DNA of 44,802 bases from Thermoproteota archaeon. Its GTDB lineage: Archaea; Korarchaeota; Korarchaeia; Korarchaeales; Korarchaeaceae. The translations under genes and the position numbers were made by a program. The notes under the pieces were generated by a model. That model was not told the DNA's origin, searched no databases, and worked only from the letters and a program-made list of their open reading frames with translations. The stretch covers positions 1 to 44,802 of the forward strand of contig JAOZFG010000021.1 of assembly GCA_027491435.1 (NCBI GenBank), read 5' to 3'. The number at the start of each line of letters is the position of its first letter. Within the stretch, counting starts at the first letter, position 1. Below are positions 35,180 to 44,127 of the stretch, piece by piece.

Positions 35180-36160
35180 ATGCTGGAAGTTAAGGACCTT
35201 AGGGTCTGGTTTCCTGCTAGGACTTCGTTCTGGCAGTCGCTAAAGGGAGTGAGTAGGTACGTTAAGGCTGTGGACGGCGTGTCGTTCACCATCAAGAGAG
35301 GGGAGGTCCTGGCCCTTGTGGGCGAGTCGGGGAGCGGGAAAACCACTACCGGGAAGGCGATACTTAGGCTTATAGAGCCTACCTCAGGGGAAGTATGGTT
35401 TGAAGGGGTTAACGTGCTTTCTCTTAACAAGAAGGAGCTCAAGGAGTTCAGGAGGAAGGCCCAAATAATATTTCAGGACCCCTTCGAATCCCTAGACCCC
35501 AGAATGACCATCTACGACATAGTGGCGGAGCCCCTCAAAGTTAACAAGGTGTATGGGTCGGCCGATGAGGAGTACGACGCCGTGGCCAAGGCTTTGGAGG
35601 ACGTCAGGCTGGTGCCCCCGGAGGACTTCATGACCAGGTTCCCCCATGAGCTCTCTGGCGGGCAAAGGCAGAGGGTCGCCATAGCTAGGGCCCTCATACT
35701 TAGGCCTAAGTTCATAGTGGCCGACGAGCCGGTAAGCATGTTGGACGCCTCGATAAGGACTCAGATACTTGAGCTGATGGAGGACCTCAGGAAGGAGTAC
35801 GGGCTCACCTACCTCTTCATAACCCACGACCTAGCTCAGGCCAGGTACACCAGTGACAGGATAGCAGTCATGTACCTGGGGAGGATAATGGAGATAGGGC
35901 CTACAGAGGAAGTTGTATCCAACCCGCTGCACCCCTACACCAAGGTGCTTATATCACACGTTCCAATACCGGATCCTAAGCTTGCCAAGAGTAGGAAGAA
36001 GATAGACGTGCCTGGAGAGACTCCTAGCCCCATAGACCTCCCACCAGGCTGCAGGTTTTACCCCAGGTGCCCTTTCGCCAGGGAAGTGTGTAAGGAAGAG
36101 CCTCAGTTAATTGAGGTAGAGCCAGGAAGGTGGGTGAGCTGTCACCTAGTGAGGAGTTAA
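35180..36160 (+). CDS. dppF: Peptide ABC transporter ATPase
   Basis: Motifs GESGSGKTT, FQDP, LSGGQRQR, ADEPVSMLD and GCRFYPRCP. Confidence 0.96.
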   Translation: MLEVKDLRVWFPARTSFWQSLKGVSRYVKAVDGVSFTIKRGEVLALVGESGSGKTTTGKAILRLIEPTSGEVWFEGVNVLSLNKKELKEFRRKAQIIFQDPFESLDPRMTIYDIVAEPLKVNKVYGSADEEYDAVAKALEDVRLVPPEDFMTRFPHELSGGQRQRVAIARALILRPKFIVADEPVSMLDASIRTQILELMEDLRKEYGLTYLFITHDLAQARYTSDRIAVMYLGRIMEIGPTEEVVSNPLHPYTKVLISHVPIPDPKLAKSRKKIDVPGETPSPIDLPPGCRFYPRCPFAREVCKEEPQLIEVEPGRWVSCHLVRS

Positions 36161-36460
36161 CAGAGCCCAGCTACACTCTAAACAAATCTTCTAGGACGCT
36201 GAGCAGAAAGCCTGATCTGGAAGACAGTAGGGGCTAGAGCTCTCTGGAAGGAGGTTAAAGGGAGCAGCCGTGCCAAAACAGATACCACAGGGCTACGAGG
36301 GTGGAACTCCTGTTCTTTGAAATTAAGGGGTCTCCCTAAAGGCTCCTAATGAAGGTTAGGGCAGTTGTTGCAGGAGCGAGCTTAAAAATTAGGAGCCAGT
36401 AGCTGAGGCCTCTGTTAGAAGGTCTGCTTTAAGCGTTTACGTCGTAATACTATGGAAGAC

Positions 36461-37438
36461 TCAAGTAGAGGAGCTCCTAGGCAGCTTTGGGCTGACCACC
36501 CGGCCCATGTCCTCTGGTATCTGGTAACCACTAAACCTTAGGGAGAGCGACCTAATCCTAGATAAGAGCTCCTTGAACTCCCTAAAGGAGTCTTCCTCAA
36601 CGAATTCAGCCGCTAGGGCGAAGTCGAACTGTTCCCAGCACACTGGCTTGAACTCGAGGCCATAGCGTTCTGCTGTCTCCCTTAGGGTTAAGGTCAGGTC
36701 GGCCCTCCCTTCAGCCACCTCAAGACAGATCTCATCGTGCCTGTAGAACTCCTCTCCCCTAGGGGAAAAGCCCAATAGCTTCTCAAGGAGGATCCTAGTC
36801 CCTGAACCCCTATTTCTCAGCGCCAGCTTCAGCCTTCCCTTCCTTATAGCCCTTAAGTCCGGCTCAGTCCCCGGCCTGAAGGCCCAGCCCACCTCCCTCC
36901 TAAAGCCCCTAACCAGTAAGACCTCCCCTCCTGGGAAGAGCTTCCTTACCACCGTATTGTACTCGCCGGTGTCCACGTCTAATATGTGAATCCCAGCCAC
37001 GTCCGCTTCTCCTACGGCTAAGTAGAGCAGGGCCGCGGAGGATCCGACCCACCTAACCCTTAAACCATTGGAGGAAGCTTCCAGGAGGGGATCGTGACTG
37101 CTGGCAATCACTATCCCCTCGAAGGACTTCTCCTCAGCCTTCCCCATCAAGTAAGCGTTTAGCAGCTCCTTCCCTAACTCAGTCAGAGTGGCCCCTCCTC
37201 CTCCCTTGCCCCCCTTAACCGACCTTATCACTTTCCCTCCAAGCTCCCTTTCCAGAGAGGCAAGCCTCCTCCACGCCCTTGAGTAAGGGATTCCAAGCTC
37301 CTTGGCTGCCGATAATATTGAACCAGTTTCCTTGACTTTCAAGAGGATTTCACCAGTTAGCTCGTCCATGACCTTCCTCCCATCCAAGTAGACGCTTACC
37401 TCTAGAACTGGCTTTAACCTCAAGCCTTCTCCTGCCAC
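36461..37438 (-). CDS. ModE-like wHTH regulator fused to a periplasmic-binding-protein-like (molybdate/tungstate) domain
   Basis: Motifs ETGSILSAAKELGIPYSRAW..GGKGGGGATLT, SHD, VGSSAAL, AGIH and NRGSGTR. Confidence 0.9.
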   Translation of the reverse strand: MAGEGLRLKPVLEVSVYLDGRKVMDELTGEILLKVKETGSILSAAKELGIPYSRAWRRLASLERELGGKVIRSVKGGKGGGGATLTELGKELLNAYLMGKAEEKSFEGIVIASSHDPLLEASSNGLRVRWVGSSAALLYLAVGEADVAGIHILDVDTGEYNTVVRKLFPGGEVLLVRGFRREVGWAFRPGTEPDLRAIRKGRLKLALRNRGSGTRILLEKLLGFSPRGEEFYRHDEICLEVAEGRADLTLTLRETAERYGLEFKPVCWEQFDFALAAEFVEEDSFREFKELLSRIRSLSLRFSGYQIPEDMGRVVSPKLPRSSST

Positions 37439-37447
37439 AGTTCCACC

Positions 37448-39265
37448 TCAGTGCAGCAAAAGCTCCCTGGCCTTGACGGGATCCCAGTTCCTCTTCCTGA
37501 CCACTGGCTCCTGCCTTCCCTTGTACCTCTTGGACCCCCTACTTATCAGGTCAGCTGATTCGAGCTTTGTGAGCAACCCTTCAACGTACTGATCTAGCGT
37601 GTCATCGGACATGCTCTTCTTGTTCTTCTTGAGTTGTTGCCTGACCCCCCTCTTGATGACCCTGAGCGACTTCTCCCTCTTGGCCTCTTCCAGGAGCTCT
37701 ATTATGGTCTTAGCTATTATCACCTCCGCAGGCTCCTCTCTTAGAGTTGTGACCTTCTGAATATCTTCCATGGCCTTGGCCCCTACCACCAGCTCGTACA
37801 GAAGCAAGTCCAGGTTCCAGACAGATAGGAACAACCTCTCCATTAGGTCAAATCCCTCAGAGAACTCATCCTTGGTAGAAAGGCCTGCGAGTAGGGCTAG
37901 CCTCGTCGGGTAGGGGACTACTAAGGCTGGATAGGGCCCCTCGTACCCCTTCAACTCCCTCATTATGTCCAGAACCTCCTCCTTTCTGTCAGGCTCCAAA
38001 GCTATGATTCCGAGGAGGCCGCACTTCGCCAACTTCTTCCAATCGGAAAGCACCCTCCCCTTAGCTTGGGAGAACTTCACTTCCACAGGTACCCTGGCGA
38101 CCTCCCTGAAAGTATCGGCTAGCTGCTTGCTTATCAGTATGTGTCCGTCGCTCTCCTTCCTCCCACACTTCAAGTTCTCCGGCCTGTATTCGACGAAGTA
38201 GTGGTCTTCCTCCACCTGTATACCAGTGGCCATTCTCCTCTCCAGCACCCTTTTGACGAAGTTCTCGAAGGCCAGGCCTGCATCCTTCTTGTACCCCTTG
38301 CCGAACCTCTTCTCCATGGCGGCTATCTCCCTCTCAAGGGCTGAGAGGGAGAATTTAGAGAAGAACTCCGCCGCTGGGTCTATAACGTCTATCATGGTAG
38401 TGTTGGCCTCGCTTATCGACCCCTTGGATAGCCTATCGGAGATCATGTAGATAACTTCGGATATGAAGACCAGCTCGTCGTGAGCGAAGTTTCTCCCCTT
38501 AGCTATTGAGATTAGGGAAGCTATCCTCCCGAACCCCTCGGGCAGGTAGCCCCTGTAAGAGCCTGACACGGCCACCCTATCCTTCATAAAAGTGGAGAAC
38601 CTCTCGGTTCTCTTGTCCTTCTGAACCCTCTCCAGGTCCTCGCCAGTCATGTAGAAGATCATGTAGAGGCCCTTGTCCATTTTATCGTGTATGGAAGTGA
38701 GTAGGTCTAACCACTTGTACAAGAGATCCCCCCTCAACTTCTCAAACTCGTCCAAGTGGACGTTAATCACACCGAAGATATCCCGAACCAACAGCAGGGC
38801 GTCAGCCAGGGAGTTTCCCCTCAAATCCTTTGAAGACATCAGATCCAAGAGATCCAACACGGCAACCCTGTCGTCGGACTTATCTACCTGCTGGCTTATG
38901 GCCTCCAGGAGGGACGCTGTAAATGAGTTGGGATCCGGCCTCATGCCGAAGTCGTGCCCTACAACCAAGGCCTTCTCTCCCATGGCCTTGTGAATCAGGT
39001 ATTCCTTGAGCTGAGACTTTCCGCTCCTATAAGAGCCAATAACGAACGTGTACTGAATGCCCTCCTTGGCCAGGGCGAGCTTATCTGTCAGCTGCCTCTC
39101 GGCCTCTAGGACCCAGGGGAACTTGACTATCACCTTCTCAGCCAGCTCCCCTTTCAGGGGCTTGCCCAACCTGAGCAGGTTGACGGCGTCTAACGCCTCT
39201 TCCTGGGTGACTAGATCCCAGAGCCCGTACCTCTTGTAAGCCTCCACGAAGTCGTTCACCTTCAT
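37448..39265 (-). CDS. P-loop ATPase (BrxD/DUF2791-like) fused to a PD-(D/E)XK nuclease-like domain and a C-terminal wHTH
   Basis: Walker A GSYRSGKS, Walker B VHLDEFE, and GLAFENFV..ESDG..VEVK. Confidence 0.75.
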   Translation of the reverse strand: MKVNDFVEAYKRYGLWDLVTQEEALDAVNLLRLGKPLKGELAEKVIVKFPWVLEAERQLTDKLALAKEGIQYTFVIGSYRSGKSQLKEYLIHKAMGEKALVVGHDFGMRPDPNSFTASLLEAISQQVDKSDDRVAVLDLLDLMSSKDLRGNSLADALLLVRDIFGVINVHLDEFEKLRGDLLYKWLDLLTSIHDKMDKGLYMIFYMTGEDLERVQKDKRTERFSTFMKDRVAVSGSYRGYLPEGFGRIASLISIAKGRNFAHDELVFISEVIYMISDRLSKGSISEANTTMIDVIDPAAEFFSKFSLSALEREIAAMEKRFGKGYKKDAGLAFENFVKRVLERRMATGIQVEEDHYFVEYRPENLKCGRKESDGHILISKQLADTFREVARVPVEVKFSQAKGRVLSDWKKLAKCGLLGIIALEPDRKEEVLDIMRELKGYEGPYPALVVPYPTRLALLAGLSTKDEFSEGFDLMERLFLSVWNLDLLLYELVVGAKAMEDIQKVTTLREEPAEVIIAKTIIELLEEAKREKSLRVIKRGVRQQLKKNKKSMSDDTLDQYVEGLLTKLESADLISRGSKRYKGRQEPVVRKRNWDPVKARELLLH

Positions 39266-40017
39266 CCTACCACCAGCTTCGACGTTAGGAGGTCATCTTC
39301 GCTCCAGAGCGAGTACAAGGTGGCTACTTCCCTTCCCCTCTGGAAGTCGAAGCTCACCAGGTCGTCGTTACTTTCCAGAACCCTCCTTTCACTTTCTGAA
39401 AGTTTCTCTGAAGGTATTGAAGTTGGAGGATCGTCAATGCCCTTATCCAGCCACAACTTAAAGAGATCAGGCCTTGGAGGATTCACAAGCCCCTTCTTAA
39501 TGGCTGAGAGAAGGCACCTTCTGAAGTAGGAGTCAGAAAACCCCTTGGATATGGCCCATTCCCTCAACTCCTTGACTTTGACCCCTCCGGACGAGAAGAT
39601 GTAAGCTGCTAGGGATAGAGAGCAGTCTGACGAGATGTAGAAGGCCTTCAAAGGTACTAGAGCACCTAAATTCCTTAAAGTGCTCTTCAGAGCCTTCCTG
39701 GCCCTTTCGCTCATGCTCCCGTCAAGCTTAGTCGTGATTCCCTCCCTCTGGTTTAGAGACTCAAGTAGCCTCCTTGCCAGCAGTTCCCTCAACTCCCCCC
39801 TGTCGTTGACCCTCACCTTCTCTAACTCCTCTTCACCCCTCAGCATCCCCGCTAAGATCAGCATGTTCAGCGTTTCTCTGGCCTTCCTCCTGCGCCCATA
39901 CCTCTTTTCTAAAAGTTTTAGGTAAGTTTCCCTGCTTCCACTCGGGGGAAGCTGTAGATAAAGCTCCCAGATCTCGTCGAACCTGAGGGCCCTTATTCCC
40001 GGAACCCTGTCCATCAA
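39262..40017 (-). CDS. Hypothetical basic protein, probable tandem wHTH
   Basis: 251 aa with helical segments ending LILAGML, LRNLGAL and AIKKGLV. ATGA overlap with the ATPase gene. Confidence 0.7.
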   Translation of the reverse strand: MMDRVPGIRALRFDEIWELYLQLPPSGSRETYLKLLEKRYGRRRKARETLNMLILAGMLRGEEELEKVRVNDRGELRELLARRLLESLNQREGITTKLDGSMSERARKALKSTLRNLGALVPLKAFYISSDCSLSLAAYIFSSGGVKVKELREWAISKGFSDSYFRRCLLSAIKKGLVNPPRPDLFKLWLDKGIDDPPTSIPSEKLSESERRVLESNDDLVSFDFQRGREVATLYSLWSEDDLLTSKLVVG

Positions 40018-40065
40018 GTAGGGTGCTTACCTGAACTCTATAAAGGTTCTCAATTAGTTACCTAG

Positions 40066-40701
40066 ATGTGGCCGAAGTTGCTGCTGGTGGACTTGGATCA
40101 GACACTGGTGGACACGTTATACAGGTTCTATCTCACCCTCATCGAGATGCTCCCGGGAGAGATTAGTTGGTTGGGGTTCTTGACCCTCTTCAGAGAGGAT
40201 AGGCTTGATGAGATTGTACCAGAGCCCAGAGGAGTCTTTTGGAGTGAGTTTACCAGGAGGCTGTCTGAGAAGAGGACCTCAATGGACAGGGTTTACCCGG
40301 GAGCTGTTGAAGCGTTGTCAGCTATTAAGGCCAGGAAGGCCGTTGTAACCGGAAGGAACGTGGAGCCCGAGCTCATATGGGACGAGCTGATGGAGTTCGG
40401 AGTAGCTCATCTCTTCGAGAGGGTTTACACGGGTCATGGGGAGGGCTGGATGAAGGATCAGGTGCTTGAAAGGGCCTTGAGGGACTTCGGAGTGAGGGCC
40501 GATGAGGCGGTCATGGTAGGGGACTACTGGGTGGACGTGGCTTCAGCTAAGTCCTTAGGGATTAGGGTAGTGGCCGTCAGGACGGGGCTTGAGCCGGACG
40601 AGAGGCTGCTCATGCACGGGGCCGACCTTATAGTTGACGGGATATGGGACGTGGAGAGGGCTATCCTGCTGCTTAAAAGAGGCTTACAAACCTCCACTTA
40701 A
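40066..40701 (+). CDS. HAD-superfamily hydrolase (phosphoglycolate phosphatase-like)
   Basis: Motifs DLDQTLVDT, VVTG, K and MVGDYWVD. Confidence 0.92.
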   Translation: MWPKLLLVDLDQTLVDTLYRFYLTLIEMLPGEISWLGFLTLFREDRLDEIVPEPRGVFWSEFTRRLSEKRTSMDRVYPGAVEALSAIKARKAVVTGRNVEPELIWDELMEFGVAHLFERVYTGHGEGWMKDQVLERALRDFGVRADEAVMVGDYWVDVASAKSLGIRVVAVRTGLEPDERLLMHGADLIVDGIWDVERAILLLKRGLQTST

Positions 40702-41725
40702 GCCCCAACCTGTCGGCCTCCTCATAAGCTCTCCTCAGTTCCTCCTTTTTAGGCCTTCTAGCTATCTCCCTGTAGTTGTAGGCCTTGTACTCTGGCCTAT
40801 ATTGCTCCATGATATTCACCAGGCTGTTAGGGACGTTCTCCGCTATCCACCTCAATATTGGGATTGTACAGCATTCCACGTGGTTTGGAAGCACTAGGTG
40901 CCTTATCACCATCTCCCCCAAAGTGTAGGCCATTCTTAAGTTCCTGGTCACCGTCTCCCTGTACCTAGGTATTCCGCTGTACTTCCTGGCGTGCTCATCG
41001 TCCCAGTACTTGAAGTCTGGAAGCCAGAGATCCACTACGCCTAGAAGCAGCCTAGTCGCTGGCTCGCTCATGTACATGTTTGAATTCCAGACCACCGGGA
41101 AGTCCGCTTTAGCGTACTTAAGGGCCTCTATTATGTAGGGCAAATTGGGGGTGGGCTCCCCTCCAACCAGGTTCACGTTTCTGGCCCCCCTGTACCTTAG
41201 GGAGTCCATTATGGAGGCCAACTCCTCTGAGGTCGCCTCCCTCCCAGACTTGGGGTATTGGGAGATATCCCAGTTCTGGCAGAAGACGCACTTGAAGTTG
41301 CACCCGGAGAAGAAGATTGTGCCTGACGGGGTTATGGGCGGTTCCTCCCCCATGTGGATGAAAGCGCTGGACACTCTGGGCCTGGTCACCCTGCAAACCC
41401 CTATTTCACCGTTCAGCCTGTTGATCCCACACTTCCACTCGCATAAGGAGCATCTCCCAGCCAACTTCTTGGCTAGCTGTACCTTCAGGTCTAGTAAGGT
41501 TATTCCTTCCCCTCCTGAACGCTCACATCCGTCTAAGCACTCCCTAAGCATTTGCATGCCTTCCTCATGAGCTTCCCAGGGATCGTCCTTCACCTGAACC
41601 CGGACCATCTGAGCTATCCTGAAGAGCGGCCTCTCCTTGCCCAGGACAACGTCCACGTACCTTCGTAAGGTTTCCCTGACCTCTTGAACTTCAAAGGCCA
41701 TCAGAGCATCTGGCCTCATCCACAT
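40673..41725 (-). CDS. PflX-like radical SAM Fe-S protein
   Basis: Motifs CSLCEWKCGINR, HMGEEPPI, GTIFFSGCNFKCVFCQN and RHLVLPNH. Start placed at 41725 (GGTGAAGG RBS) instead of 41836. Confidence 0.92.
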   Translation of the reverse strand: MWMRPDALMAFEVQEVRETLRRYVDVVLGKERPLFRIAQMVRVQVKDDPWEAHEEGMQMLRECLDGCERSGGEGITLLDLKVQLAKKLAGRCSLCEWKCGINRLNGEIGVCRVTRPRVSSAFIHMGEEPPITPSGTIFFSGCNFKCVFCQNWDISQYPKSGREATSEELASIMDSLRYRGARNVNLVGGEPTPNLPYIIEALKYAKADFPVVWNSNMYMSEPATRLLLGVVDLWLPDFKYWDDEHARKYSGIPRYRETVTRNLRMAYTLGEMVIRHLVLPNHVECCTIPILRWIAENVPNSLVNIMEQYRPEYKAYNYREIARRPKKEELRRAYEEADRLGLKWRFVSLF

Positions 41726-41735
41726 GTCCTTCACC

Positions 41736-41760
41736 AAAAAGGAAGGTGGAGGTGCGGTGG
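41736..41760 (-). terminator. Pyrimidine-rich tail and T5 tract downstream of the structured RNA
   Basis: The minus strand reads CCACCGCACCTCCACCTTCCTTTTT directly before the pflX-like RBS. Confidence 0.45.
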
Positions 41761-41761
41761 G

Positions 41762-41892
41762 GGGACTGCCCGGGTGGAGGGTTAAGAGCGGCGTCCCCTG
41801 TGCGGGGACTCGGGGCCAACAGGGGGCCCCTTTCACAGCAGTAGACGCCTACCCCCGCAGCGGGTTTAGACCCGCCAAGGCCGGGCAGTCCC
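41762..41892 (-). ncRNA. Unassigned GC-rich structured RNA (~131 nt)
   Basis: Perfect 12-bp terminal inverted repeat GGGACTGCCCGG/CCGGGCAGTCCC enclosing several hairpins; TATA box upstream and T-tract downstream on the minus strand. Confidence 0.75.
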
Positions 41893-41916
41893 CATTAATA
41901 GAAGGGGGCTAGGGGG

Positions 41917-41923
41917 TATATAA
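41917..41923 (-). promoter_or_regulatory. TATA box for the structured RNA
   Basis: Minus-strand TTATATA preceded by purine-rich GAAAAGGG (BRE-like), ending 24 nt before the first G of the terminal stem. Confidence 0.6.
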
Positions 41924-42036
41924 CCCTTTTCGGGCGGATTAAAGCCCGGCAGGGGGCTCAATCGATCTGCAGGTTCGTCGTGAGATCTGTTATTTTTGAT
42001 ATTATTTTATAGGGGTCTACTTTACGAGTATTACCG

Positions 42037-42267
42037 ATGAGTGTAACCATCTCAGCCAAGGTCAAGAGGGACCTGTGGGAAAAGGCCAAGAGGATGGGGA
42101 TCAACATAAGCGAGGTGATAAGGGAGGCTCTTGAGAGGAAGGTCAGAGAGGAGGAATTGAAGTGGGCTGTGAAGGTGATGGATGAGATCTCCGGCAGGAT
42201 AAGCTTGGATGAAGATTCATACAGGATAATTAGGAGGGAGAGGGACAGAAATGGCAATCGTTCTTGA
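42037..42267 (+). CDS. vapB: VapB-type antitoxin (RHH, CcdA-like)
   Basis: MSVTISAKVKRDLWEKAKRMGINISEVIREALERKV; overlaps the start of the PIN gene. Confidence 0.88.
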   Translation: MSVTISAKVKRDLWEKAKRMGINISEVIREALERKVREEELKWAVKVMDEISGRISLDEDSYRIIRRERDRNGNRS

Positions 42268-42664
42268 CGCCAGCGCCGTAGCTAAGCGGTTCGTTAAAGA
42301 GGAAGGGTCTGATGACATGAGGCTGTTAAGGGAGATGATAGTTTCTGAACAACTCGAAGCTCATGCTCCCTAGCTTATCTTGGTGGGGATAGCCAACTTA
42401 TTCAGGTACGCTAGGAACTCCACATCTGATGACGCTCAAAAGGCAATAAGAGCTCTGGAGGTGTTGCTCCACCTTCAGGGTGATGGAGCCTTGCTTCAAA
42501 AGGCTATAAAGCTAGCTTTTAACGAGGGAATCACTGTTTACGACTCATTGTACGTGACGTTAGCTTTAGACTTGAAAGCAAAGCTAATAACCTACGATAA
42601 GGAGCTCCTCTCCAAGTTTAAAGGAGTAGCGTTGAAGGCCGGGGATTTCCTCAGAGATGATTAG
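42251..42664 (+). pseudogene. vapC: VapC PIN toxin interrupted by an in-frame TAG at 42371-42373
   Basis: MAIVLDASAVAKRFVKEEGS...HAP*LILVGIAN...ITVYDSLYVTLA...LITYDKEL reads in one frame. Confidence 0.88.
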
Positions 42665-42755
42665 GCTGAGTCGTTTGCCCACCCGTGGAGCTCAATTAGG
42701 GGCCACTCATGTTAGCGGTGAAGTCCGCCTTTTTTTAAGCCCTTGAAAATTAACG

Positions 42756-43613
42756 TCACTTCGCCACCAACTCTTCAGCCCTAACTTTGCCTTTGGAGGC
42801 CCTACTTAGCTTGGAGCCTTTTAAGCAGAGAAGTAGGGAAGCCGCGAATCCGGGTAACCAGAATAGGCCGTAGGAGGTGAAGGCCTTTAAGAGCAGTTCA
42901 TATAAAGGAATTGACAGGATAGCGGCCATCAGATACACAGATAGGTCCATGGGCCTGTAAACCCTTAGGGTTATAAACGAGAATAAGGATAGTAGAGCTG
43001 TTGTAAGTAGAAAAGGCGTCCAGAAATTGTACCCTATGGTAGTTAGCTGATTTAATGGATCTCCGCTAGTGGTTAAGTAGCCAGCGACCTCCCCTTTACC
43101 AAAGGTCTCCACATCCCCTATGAGCTCAGGTATGGGGCCTGCCACCACCCAATCCCCGTAAACCCCTACGACGGTACAGTTTACCTTTTTTCTTATGCCA
43201 CCGATGGAAACCTCGAATTCCCTTTTAAATGGCAAACTCCCGTTAAACTTATCAAATAGCATCCTATGTACGAGGCACTCCCCTTCCTTCGGGTAAAACC
43301 CCCTTATCAATTTAGGGAAGGCCTCTGGGGGAAACTCATCGTAGTTAAGCGTGTAAAGCAGATGAGAGGATGGAACTAGCTGTATCTCTCCACCAACGGT
43401 GTCCCATATGTAGGTTTGCACTCTCCCTCGGTATATGACAGCCAACCCAGGCCCCCTGTCGCTGATGTAAAACTTTTGTGGAAACGTGAAAGGCCTTACA
43501 GCTACTGTTATCAAAGCTGCGGTGGACGCTATGAAGAGGGCTGCGAGGAAAGCCTGTCCTGCTAGGAATAGATAGCTTCTAACTTCTGACGATGTGGATT
43601 TAGTCATATCCAA
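42756..43613 (-). CDS. Membrane protein with a MacB/FtsX-like extracytoplasmic domain
   Basis: One N-terminal TM, RGFYPKEGECLV..CTVVGVY, then three C-terminal TMs. Confidence 0.55.
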   Translation of the reverse strand: MDMTKSTSSEVRSYLFLAGQAFLAALFIASTAALITVAVRPFTFPQKFYISDRGPGLAVIYRGRVQTYIWDTVGGEIQLVPSSHLLYTLNYDEFPPEAFPKLIRGFYPKEGECLVHRMLFDKFNGSLPFKREFEVSIGGIRKKVNCTVVGVYGDWVVAGPIPELIGDVETFGKGEVAGYLTTSGDPLNQLTTIGYNFWTPFLLTTALLSLFSFITLRVYRPMDLSVYLMAAILSIPLYELLLKAFTSYGLFWLPGFAASLLLCLKGSKLSRASKGKVRAEELVAK

Positions 43614-44127
43614 GCCCCACGCAAAAACTCACTGTTAACCAGTCGTGAGAATAGTTAAAAACTCTAATGACAATTCTTCCCTGTAGTTTGTACCAAGTGT
43701 AGCTAAATCTCCACCTACCGCCTGAAGACCATTCGGGGTAAACGTAGACGTGGTCAACTCTACTTGGCACGCCTACTATAAGAGTGGCTAGGCTGTAAGA
43801 TGTATAAGCTATGGATTTACCGGTAATCCCCTCGACATCGTTGTAAGGTGGATAAGGAACTGGATCCACTTGAATTTTTAGTCCGCATCTCCTAGCCCAC
43901 ATAATCGTTAATTCCTTAGAGATCTTGTCGTAGTTAGCTATGGTTTGCGGCTTTTTTATGGGTAACTTAGCGCCCACAGCTATTGTAGGGTGGCTCCCAA
44001 TCACATTAGGCTTTATGCTAGCTCCCGCACTCCCGGCATAAGCTGCTAAAGGTAAAGGCGAGATAGCTATCAAGAGCGCAATTGTAACTGATATTAGCTT
44101 AATGGATAATAAGTATATTAAATTCAC
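43600..44127 (-). CDS. Hypothetical exported protein
   Basis: Hydrophobic N-terminus; overlaps the downstream gene; AT-richer than the core genes. Confidence 0.6.
   Translation of the reverse strand: MNLIYLLSIKLISVTIALLIAISPLPLAAYAGSAGASIKPNVIGSHPTIAVGAKLPIKKPQTIANYDKISKELTIMWARRCGLKIQVDPVPYPPYNDVEGITGKSIAYTSYSLATLIVGVPSRVDHVYVYPEWSSGGRWRFSYTWYKLQGRIVIRVFNYSHDWLTVSFCVGLGYD

Noticed and set aside
36161-36460. 300-nt gap between convergent genes
   Set aside because: I found no convincing ORF, hairpin, repeat or box motif.
41762-41892. Identification as tRNA, 5S rRNA, SRP RNA or RNase P RNA
   Set aside because: There is no UUCRA T-loop or cloverleaf, no CCGAAC loop C, no SRP helix-8 GGAA/AGCAG motif and no GAGGAAAGUCC. 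It is too short for archaeal SRP or RNase P.
41724-41912. 62-aa plus-strand ORF and the 37-aa N-terminal extension of the PflX-like ORF
   Set aside because: Both are Gly/Pro-rich by-products of the GC-rich structured RNA. A proper RBS supports the 41725 start.
41905-41960. Resemblance of CGGGCGGATTAAAGCCCGGCAG to the 3' hairpin of the ykkC/guanidine-I riboswitch
   Set aside because: The conserved 5' core (GGGUUCCG..CUGGUCCGAG) is missing and the downstream gene is an antitoxin.
42371-42373. Pyrrolysine or readthrough at the vapC TAG
   Set aside because: No pyl genes are visible, and additional active-site damage points to pseudogenisation.
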